IMG/VR virus record: IMGVR_UViG_3300037466_001997 | Location: 132,142 to 196,141 of that record | DNA length: 64,000 nt | Strand: one strand, 5' to 3' | Source: a virus | Lineage: Duplodnaviria > Heunggongvirae > Uroviricota > Caudoviricetes | Shown: in pieces, positions 1 to 6,472 of the stretch | Position numbering within the stretch: position 1 is the first letter of the stretch | Layout: each line of letters begins with the position of its first letter | The notes under the pieces: generated by a model | Databases searched by the model: none | The model's input: only the letters and a program-made list of their open reading frames with translations | Told to the model about the DNA's origin: nothing | Program-made: the position numbers and the translations under genes

Positions 1-45
1 TCTGTTCGACAAGATCGCCGGTCATAAGATCGATAGGACGTTGGG

Positions 46-333
46 TTGACCAATAGAATTATCCAGTATTTGACCGACGATGATCCTAAAAACATCGAAG
101 AATTGAAGGATCGATTCCGCAACGGCGCTCCCACATGGGACTCCAAATTTGGAAATGCCGATGGTATCCAGCAACAATTCGATGAAATGCTGGCACAATT
201 TCCGGACGAACCACGGTTCATCATTTTCTCTTTGGAAGCTCTTGAAGTTCCATCAGAACCTGATTCGCAATTTCGCAGGATGCCGTTTCGTATCAACATG
301 TGGTCGGTTCGGCGTGATGGGACAATCGTTTAA
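46..333 (+). CDS. hypothetical phage protein
   Basis: 95-aa ORF, TTG start preceded by AGGA; no recognisable motif. Confidence 0.55.
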   Translation: MTNRIIQYLTDDDPKNIEELKDRFRNGAPTWDSKFGNADGIQQQFDEMLAQFPDEPRFIIFSLEALEVPSEPDSQFRRMPFRINMWSVRRDGTIV

Positions 334-394
334 AACTTGTAACGGCACGACAGAAAAAACTTGTAATCCCACGGCAGAAAAACATTGTAATACC
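332..394. repeat. tandem 24-bp imperfect direct repeats (2 full + 1 partial) upstream of the tmRNA promoter
   Basis: AAAACTTGTAACGGCACGACAGAA / AAAACTTGTAATCCCACGGCAGAA / AAACATTGTAATACC. Confidence 0.75.
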
Positions 395-396
395 CC

Positions 397-425
397 TTGA
401 CTCTCAATGCCGGATAGATTATACA
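397..425 (+). promoter_or_regulatory. sigma70-type promoter for tmRNA
   Basis: TTGACT-N17-TATACA immediately upstream of the tmRNA acceptor piece. Confidence 0.65.
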
Positions 426-430
426 TATAG

Positions 431-807
431 TCGTTGTGATGAAGACAACCGAAAGGTAGCTAGGACCGGGGGGCAGTACCCCGCTGGTCCACCACAACCA
501 CATCGACCACCGCAGGTGGCAAGCAGGGCTTAACACGGGATAGCGCATCCCGTGGCTCGATGAGGGATTGACGGGATGAAGTCCGGAACGACTCTCGTTG
601 ATTTGTCGATGTGGTTATGATGGGCCAGAAACAGGATCGACTACTGCGTAATAGGAAGTTGGAGCAACCGGCATTGTACCGCCGATATCGGGCTAAAACA
701 GTAAGTGCAAACGATAACGTAGCACATGAGTTTGCCGTCGCTGCGTAAGCAGTAGATGGTTAAGATCGGAGTTTTGGCGGTTGAACTTGTCAACAGAATC
801 AACCGCC
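431..807 (+). ncRNA. ssrA: circularly permuted (two-piece, alphaproteobacterial-type) tmRNA
   Basis: Acceptor piece ends GGGGCAGTACCCCGCTGGTCCACCA (CCA ends at 494). Coding piece starts GGGCCAGAAACAGGATCGAC (622). GGGCCAG/CTGGTCC forms the acceptor stem with G3.U. Tag ORF at 707-748. 3' hairpin GGCGGTTG-AACTTGTCAACAGAAT-CAACCGCC has the alpha-type CAACAGAA loop. Ends approximate. Confidence 0.93.
707..748 (+). other. tmRNA proteolysis tag reading frame (A)ANDNVAHEFAVAA*
   Basis: GCA AAC GAT AAC GTA GCA CAT GAG TTT GCC GTC GCT GCG TAA; ANDN start and AA C-terminus typical of ClpXP ssrA tags. Confidence 0.92.
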
Positions 808-809
808 GC

Positions 810-1007
810 TTCCTTTTTAGTGACTACACAGAGTTTTATAGATTGAGTAGCTACAATCTATATTTTTTCTGCCGGAAATGATGTAAGTCTGCCTCGATTG
901 TGCTAGCGACGGTCGAAATAACAGACGGATCGGGCGTTTCCCTAGCTCGCAAAGCTAGTAAAGGCATGGCAACGACCGGTATGGCTTGTGTGGTCACTAA
1001 AGAGGAA
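810..1007 (+). ncRNA. unidentified ~200-nt structured RNA
   Basis: 21-bp closing stem 810-830/987-1007 whose two mismatches are G.U pairs on the + strand; internal hairpins TATAGATTG/CAATCTATA, TCGATTGT/ACGGTCGA, CTAGCT/AGCTAG; no ORF. Confidence 0.6.
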
Positions 1008-1033
1008 TTTTGTAAATATAGGATTTACTTTTT

Positions 1034-1357
1034 TTGGGTGTAGATAGAACCGACTACCTTATGATAGGTGTCGATATTGGTACAGAAGATTTTGATTGGG
1101 ACGATTTTGAGAAGGAAGTAGAAGGCGCTCCCGGCGCACGTTTTGATGCCGTTTATGACGGCATGTCCGGAGAATACTTCATAGTTGGCGAAATTCTCGG
1201 ATCATCCGACGAATACGAAGGATGGAAGCTGACGAAGCTTGATCCCGACAATTTAGTGACAGATAGGGTTGATTTGGCTTCAAGAATTTCCGAAGCCATA
1301 GGTAAAGAAATATCCCCTTCCGATCTTGAATTAATTATTTTCACGCATTGGCACTAA
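1034..1357 (+). CDS. hypothetical acidic phage protein
   Basis: 107-aa ORF, TTG start. Confidence 0.65.
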   Translation: MGVDRTDYLMIGVDIGTEDFDWDDFEKEVEGAPGARFDAVYDGMSGEYFIVGEILGSSDEYEGWKLTKLDPDNLVTDRVDLASRISEAIGKEISPSDLELIIFTHWH

Positions 1358-1358
1358 T

Positions 1359-1520
1359 ATGAAAATTGAAGACACAGACAAAGATTTCAAATTGCTAGCT
1401 TACTACTATCTTTCTTTGATGGAAGGTGATACACACCTTATCGAGGATGCCTACGAACTATTGCGGAATCATGGCATTGTTGATGAAAATGGTGAGAGAA
1501 TTTACGAAGACGAAGATTGA
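1359..1520 (+). CDS. small acidic hypothetical protein (53 aa, MKIEDTDKDF...IYEDED)
   Basis: ATG 2 nt after the previous stop; its TGA overlaps the next TTG; below the ORF-track cutoff. Confidence 0.6.
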   Translation: MKIEDTDKDFKLLAYYYLSLMEGDTHLIEDAYELLRNHGIVDENGERIYEDED

Positions 1521-1759
1521 GCGATTTCTTTAATGATTTCGAGTCCCTCTTTGGTGATCACGAAAAGAAACGAGATTACACCAAGGAAGTCCAGCAAACA
1601 CAGGCTAATCCAGAAGCCAAGAAGCTGATACACATTCGGCTTGATCGGGATATTCTGGCATTTTTTCAGGCCGCTGGCGAAGGTTATCAGACAAGAATTA
1701 ACGCTGCACTCCGAACATTCATGGAACAGCAAAAGAAAAAGAATGCGAATCGTAAGTGA
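1517..1759 (+). CDS. BrnA-family (DUF4415) type II antitoxin-like protein
   Basis: C-terminal signature K-x-x-I-x-IRLDxDILxFF-x4-GYQTRINAALR. Confidence 0.85.
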   Translation: MSDFFNDFESLFGDHEKKRDYTKEVQQTQANPEAKKLIHIRLDRDILAFFQAAGEGYQTRINAALRTFMEQQKKKNANRK

Positions 1760-2096
1760 AGAAGAATTCTCTACCGTTTTAAGAGAACAGTTATCGGATG
1801 TGAGTTTTGGGGAATTTGGAGTCGTCACCGGTCCCGGTCGTTCCGGAGCGGTAGCGGCTGTCTATGCGTCTCACTTCCTGCATATTCCGTTTATCCCTTA
1901 TGGTGCTAATGCCCCGGTCCATCTTGGCCGATTGCTGATCATCGACACAGCCGAGCAAACCGGGAAGACCATTCGCAAAGCATCCCGGCGCTATGAAAAC
2001 ACTCCACATTCTGTCCACACTCTTTACAAAGAGCCGCCACGTGTGGCATTCTGGTATGAATCAACTAAACCGCAACACTACAAACACGAAAGATGA
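1743..2096 (+). CDS. small type I phosphoribosyltransferase-fold protein
   Basis: VVTGPGRSGAVAA and PRPP-loop-like LLIIDTAEQTGKT; likely start ATG 1743. Confidence 0.6.
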   Translation: MRIVSEEEFSTVLREQLSDVSFGEFGVVTGPGRSGAVAAVYASHFLHIPFIPYGANAPVHLGRLLIIDTAEQTGKTIRKASRRYENTPHSVHTLYKEPPRVAFWYESTKPQHYKHER

Positions 2097-2099
2097 ATC

Positions 2100-2336
2100 A
2101 TGGCACGTCCAACCAACTATAGAATGTGCGAACTTCGCAACGGCACGACGCACATGAAAACCTACATCGAAGAACGTGGCGCTGTTGTCGGCAAATTTGT
2201 CGAAGTGCTGGACGAAGAAATTTCCATGGAAGGCCGTTGGGAAGTCCTGTCCGTTGGTGACAAGCCTGTTTCTCATGAAGCACTTGTGGAAATCCAGAAA
2301 AATGAACGCAACCATCGCAAGGCAACAGATATTTGA
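2100..2336 (+). CDS. hypothetical protein
   Basis: 78-aa ORF tightly packed in the operon. Confidence 0.65.
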   Translation: MARPTNYRMCELRNGTTHMKTYIEERGAVVGKFVEVLDEEISMEGRWEVLSVGDKPVSHEALVEIQKNERNHRKATDI

Positions 2337-2566
2337 CACTACCAAACATTATTACGAAAGAAACGTTTTCTAGAGAAGTCGAACAATTCGTTATCACCAC
2401 TGGCGCAGACTATGTTGACGCCGTTCTGCACATATGCGAGCGGCGTGACATAGAACCAGAAACAGCGGCCAAACTTCTGAATTCGAACATCAAGGGTATG
2501 ATCGAAAAGGAAGCGACAGAAAAAAATCTGTTGGGTGAGAAGCCGCAATCCCTTTCTTTTGAATGA
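2333..2566 (+). CDS. gp33: T4 gp33-like late-transcription coactivator
   Basis: DYVDAVLHICE..DIEPETAAKLL...IK..IE.EA...NLL motif; 33-59-32 synteny. Confidence 0.88.
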   Translation: MTLPNIITKETFSREVEQFVITTGADYVDAVLHICERRDIEPETAAKLLNSNIKGMIEKEATEKNLLGEKPQSLSFE

Positions 2567-3177
2567 CCCTCGAAAAAATTAAAGAAATGTTCATGGCGTT
2601 GAAGCTCCACTTCACGTCAAAATACGATTTTGTGAAATATCACGGGCGCACCCGAGCTTCCAAGGTTCAAGCACGGGAACGATATGCCCTAGAGCGCATC
2701 GCTCGAAAATTCACCGATGAAGACCAATTAAAAAATTTTTTTGTTGCCAACATGGCCAATTCGTTTTTGACCAAGGGCAAAGTGGATACCTTCATCGGTA
2801 ACTACGCCACTAAGGAAGCCGTGGAAATCATGGATGTGGCTGACAACTGGTGGAATGCTACATCCTACAATCTGGCTACCGATCTTCGCACCCTATCCAA
2901 TCTCAACGATGACGGCAAGATTGGTGAAACCATTCGTTGCGTGGGTGGCGATCACCCGCAGATATTCACACAATATCTAGACGGAAAGATATCATTCAAC
3001 ACTATAGTTTGTGTTGTGATATGGCGACCGGTATTTCTGACATACTGGGAAAAGAACTGTGAAGATACAATATTGTTTGGGTCTTACATAAATTTCTTGA
3101 AAAAATATATCCCTTTAATATCAAAGGATAAGCAGAAAATCACCGAAATAATAGAAAAAACCTTGACTTCTATCTAA
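2563..3177 (+). CDS. gp59: T4 gp59-like helicase loader
   Basis: N-terminal ALKLHFT..YDFVKYHG motif; between gp33 and gp32. Confidence 0.88.
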   Translation: MTLEKIKEMFMALKLHFTSKYDFVKYHGRTRASKVQARERYALERIARKFTDEDQLKNFFVANMANSFLTKGKVDTFIGNYATKEAVEIMDVADNWWNATSYNLATDLRTLSNLNDDGKIGETIRCVGGDHPQIFTQYLDGKISFNTIVCVVIWRPVFLTYWEKNCEDTILFGSYINFLKKYIPLISKDKQKITEIIEKTLTSI

Positions 3178-3193
3178 TTTCGACGTATAAATA
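3163..3193 (+). promoter_or_regulatory. composite sigma70 / T4 late promoter for gp32
   Basis: TTGACT-N17-TATAAATA (late consensus at 3186-3193). Confidence 0.75.
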
Positions 3194-3290
3194 GACTTAC
3201 ATTATGTGATTGTGGATAAGAAAACATCAATCAGTCAAATCAAATTATATTATGAGAAAGGTGGATAAGACATAATACAGGAATATAAGA

Positions 3291-4172
3291 TTGTCTCTAT
3301 CTCTCTCCGACTTGAAAAAGTCACAAAAATCCCGTCTCGATAACCTAATCACCAAATCAAGCGCAACCGCTGAATCTGCCAAAGACGAACGTTTCTGGCA
3401 ACCGACAGTCGATAAGGCTGGCAACGGCAATGCCTTGATCCGCTTCCTACCGGTTTCTCCTTCCGATGGTCTTGACGCTCTGCCATGGGCAAAATATTAC
3501 GAACATGGCTTCAAGGGTCCAAGCGGGAAGTGGTATATTGAAAAGTCCAGAACGTCGCTTGGCGTTGGCGAAAAAGACCCTGTTTCGGAATACAATTCGA
3601 AGCTCTGGAATACTGGCGATGCCGCTCTGCAAGAGCAAGTTCGCAAGCAGAAGCGTAAGCTTGTTTACGTTTCTAACATCCTAGTCATCACTGATCCGGG
3701 CAATCCGGAAAATAATGGCAAGGTGTTCCTGTTCAAGTACGGTCAGAAAATTTTTGAGAAGATCAAAAATATCATGACTCCGGACGAAGCGCTTGGTGAA
3801 GAACCAAATGATCCGTTCGACTTCTGGACAGGCCAGAACTTCAAGCTTAAGATCAAGAAGGTTGGCGATTTCCGCAACTACGATGACTCAAGCTTCGCAG
3901 AAGTCAAGCCTCTGGATAAGGACGACAAGGTAATTGATAAGGTCTGGAATTCACAGTACAGCCTGAAAGAATTTACCGACCCGTCGAAGTACGAATCTTA
4001 TGACGATCTTCGCAAGAAGCTCTTTGACGTTCTACAGATTCGTGACGAAAGCGTGGCAACAACCGCCGAACGCCTGTCAATGGCCGTCGATGACGCCGTG
4101 ACCGAAAGCGCTTCGACAGAAGTTGCCGATGGTGAAGATACAGATTTGGATGAAATCCTGAAAGGGCTTTAA
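3291..4172 (+). CDS. gp32: T4 gp32-like single-stranded DNA-binding protein
   Basis: DERFW.PTVDKAGNG.A.IRFLP, GKWYIE, ENNGKVFLFKYG.KIF.KI, PFDFW.G.NFKLKI, acidic C-terminal tail. Confidence 0.97.
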   Translation: MSLSLSDLKKSQKSRLDNLITKSSATAESAKDERFWQPTVDKAGNGNALIRFLPVSPSDGLDALPWAKYYEHGFKGPSGKWYIEKSRTSLGVGEKDPVSEYNSKLWNTGDAALQEQVRKQKRKLVYVSNILVITDPGNPENNGKVFLFKYGQKIFEKIKNIMTPDEALGEEPNDPFDFWTGQNFKLKIKKVGDFRNYDDSSFAEVKPLDKDDKVIDKVWNSQYSLKEFTDPSKYESYDDLRKKLFDVLQIRDESVATTAERLSMAVDDAVTESASTEVADGEDTDLDEILKGL

Positions 4173-4262
4173 TCCAAAAAGCAGGATCATAGAAGTATCA
4201 CACGGTTCTCTTAGATCGTGCCTGCGAAACTAAGGGTGGTGGGCATACCTAAAGAGGAAGAC

Positions 4263-4739
4263 TTAATCGTCTTCCTCTTTTTCGTTGTCGTCTTGGGTTC
4301 CATCAATGGCCGAAACCAGTTGGTCGAGTGTGCCGCTGAACACGGCCTTGTCGATGTAAACGCCGTTGTTGGTTGGTGCGTCTGGCGCATAGGTTTTGCG
4401 CTTCTTTTCAAAATATTCCATTTTACGGGTGTAGATTTGCACCTGTTTTTCAGACCCGTCGATAATCGTCTTTAGAAGCCCGTTCAGAGCCGTGAAGTCC
4501 TTATCATCCTCCGAGTCGTTGGCAATCGCCAAAACCTTTTCAGCGGCTTCCCTAGCCCATTCTAGGGCATCTTTCATGTTAGCCGTAGCTTCTTCGAAAT
4601 CCTGTCTGATCTTGGCGTCGTCGCCATCATCCACAGGCGCAAGAGAGCCGCCTTGCGTCGTCGTCAATTCTTTTGATTCCTTTTTTGGATGTTCGCCGTC
4701 ATCATCGATATTCATTAACTCATGTAGTTTCTTAGTCAT
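4263..4739 (-). CDS. gp16: terminase small subunit (T4 gp16-like)
   Basis: DFE.A..N...A...A....IA.DSE helical core and C-terminal NN..IDKAVFSG; follows gp15. Confidence 0.8.
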   Translation of the reverse strand: MTKKLHELMNIDDDGEHPKKESKELTTTQGGSLAPVDDGDDAKIRQDFEEATANMKDALEWAREAAEKVLAIANDSEDDKDFTALNGLLKTIIDGSEKQVQIYTRKMEYFEKKRKTYAPDAPTNNGVYIDKAVFSGTLDQLVSAIDGTQDDNEKEEDD

Positions 4740-5614
4740 TTCGCTTTATCCGTTCCTGATACAGGATCATAGAACAGACCATCGTAATATTCATTGATCG
4801 TTTCTATGTAGCCGTAATCGTCTTCCGCATCAATTTGCTGATATGGAATAGTTAAACTTGGGTTCGATGTCGGCTGGCCATTAGCGGTCAAGCCGGGTGT
4901 TACCACGATACGGGCGTTACGACCATTCTTCAAAATTTCTTCTGTAGTGATAATGCCTGAACCGGGTATATTATGTATGTCAACTTGTACTCTTTTGATG
5001 ACACCAGACTTCTGCACCGGTCCGAAATACCAAGCATCCACCGAAAAATTCATGGTGTATTGCAGAACACGTCTTTCTTTAAAATCACCATCATAGATAT
5101 CTTGTTTCGCAATACCTTCCCCCATGTTGACACGGATGTCATATTTGTATGCCAGACCGGGGATCAAATCGAGGGTGGAAGTGAAGTCTGGGTTGAAATA
5201 CGGAATGATTTGTTCGACAATTTGTAGGGCATCATCGGTGTTCACCGCCATCACATAGAGTTCGAAATCAACCTTGTAAGCGACCGGCATGAACTGTTGC
5301 CAGACCTTGCCCTTGTCGTCCGAAATCGTAACCAGTTTGTGAATTGCATTATTTTTTCTGGAATCGTCTCTGGTGATGTTGCCGATTTCGAAACCGATAC
5401 GAGGCAACTGCATCTGCACCACTGGTTTGTCGGCAGGATGCCTATCGATCAAGGCATACCATTTCTGCTTTGGCGAATAGGTGATTGGAACCTTGAACTG
5501 TTGCAAGGAAGTCTTGTCGGCGCTCATTCTGTTAATGTAAATATCATTGAACAGATTACCGAACATAATCACGTATTTGCGGGTAGTCGAATGGTAGAAA
5601 TTAGAACCTAGCAT
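4736..5614 (-). CDS. gp15: tail sheath stabiliser / tail completion protein (T4 gp15-like)
   Basis: FYH...RKY..MFG.LFNDI, KVPITY.PKQKW, LPR..FEI, DALQIVEQI.PYF.P. Confidence 0.95.
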   Translation of the reverse strand: MLGSNFYHSTTRKYVIMFGNLFNDIYINRMSADKTSLQQFKVPITYSPKQKWYALIDRHPADKPVVQMQLPRIGFEIGNITRDDSRKNNAIHKLVTISDDKGKVWQQFMPVAYKVDFELYVMAVNTDDALQIVEQIIPYFNPDFTSTLDLIPGLAYKYDIRVNMGEGIAKQDIYDGDFKERRVLQYTMNFSVDAWYFGPVQKSGVIKRVQVDIHNIPGSGIITTEEILKNGRNARIVVTPGLTANGQPTSNPSLTIPYQQIDAEDDYGYIETINEYYDGLFYDPVSGTDKAK

Positions 5615-5617
5615 ATA

Positions 5618-6469
5618 TTACCACTTAAAACTTGTGTTTCTCTTGACGAATGGTGATGCTTCCGAAAAATCCACCACGCCATCGACTTCTTGTCTGAACA
5701 AATCGTTGTCCGCCGTTTTGTCGGAATTTTCTGGATTGATCGATTCATCAACAATGATGCCATCCTCACCATCGATCCCGATATCTTCGGCGGCTTCATC
5801 GGTGATCGGATCACGCAAGATGTCGCCAGAGAACAAATCTTCGATACTATCGATTTCAGTATCACCAGTTTCCAGTTTTTCTTGGCTGTACTGTAGAAGT
5901 TCGACATATAGATCGTAGGTTTGCAGAGCGCCACCCTGATAGAAAATCGAGTCGTGCTGAACGAATTTTATTTCGAACATGCGAGAAAATTGTGATATCC
6001 AAATTAGATCACCTTCACGTGGGCGATCATATGGAATGTAGTAACCTTCGATATTGCCTTCTTCCAAGAGGATACCATTCAACTGGTTTGGCAAGTATCG
6101 GCTGGTCATTTCTTGTTCGACAATTGTGTCATATTCCGTCATCAGATGTTCAACACGAACTTCATCCCAACGCTTCTGTGCGATGGTGAGTGTCATTTCT
6201 TCTTGGAACTGTGGTCCGAATTTCGACATCATGCGAGCGCCTTCGAAACCTTCTGCTTGGTTTACATAGGCTTCTAGGGCCACGGCATCATTATATGAGT
6301 TTACGGTAGATTCACCGAATAGATCATCCATGTTGACGGCTGTTCTGGGAAGATAGCTCACCCAAAGACCATACATCTTGATAGTGTCAACGATCAAGTC
6401 TTCATACAGCTTCTGTGTAGGACCATAGATATAGCTATTGACGTACCTATTCGGTGATCTTGAAGTCAT
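5618..6469 (-). CDS. gp14: neck protein (T4 gp14-like)
   Basis: Q.L.EDL....IK.YG..V.YLPR, LFGE, SKFG, RP.EGDLI, FEIKFV, FYQ.G. Confidence 0.93.
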   Translation of the reverse strand: MTSRSPNRYVNSYIYGPTQKLYEDLIVDTIKMYGLWVSYLPRTAVNMDDLFGESTVNSYNDAVALEAYVNQAEGFEGARMMSKFGPQFQEEMTLTIAQKRWDEVRVEHLMTEYDTIVEQEMTSRYLPNQLNGILLEEGNIEGYYIPYDRPREGDLIWISQFSRMFEIKFVQHDSIFYQGGALQTYDLYVELLQYSQEKLETGDTEIDSIEDLFSGDILRDPITDEAAEDIGIDGEDGIIVDESINPENSDKTADNDLFRQEVDGVVDFSEASPFVKRNTSFKW

Positions 6470-6472
6470 TTA

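Noticed and set aside
332-394. CRISPR mini-array
   Set aside because: Contiguous degenerate 24-bp units with no unique spacers; no cas genes.
463-494. Stand-alone tRNA ending in CCA
   Set aside because: Only a T-arm and 3' acceptor strand; the partner strand is at 622, so it belongs to the permuted tmRNA.
330-548. 72-aa - strand ORF
   Set aside because: Overlaps the tmRNA and its promoter; no protein-like features.
3291-4172. gp32 lacking the T4 zinc-binding cysteines
   Set aside because: Zn-free gp32 is common among non-enteric T4-like phages; not novel.
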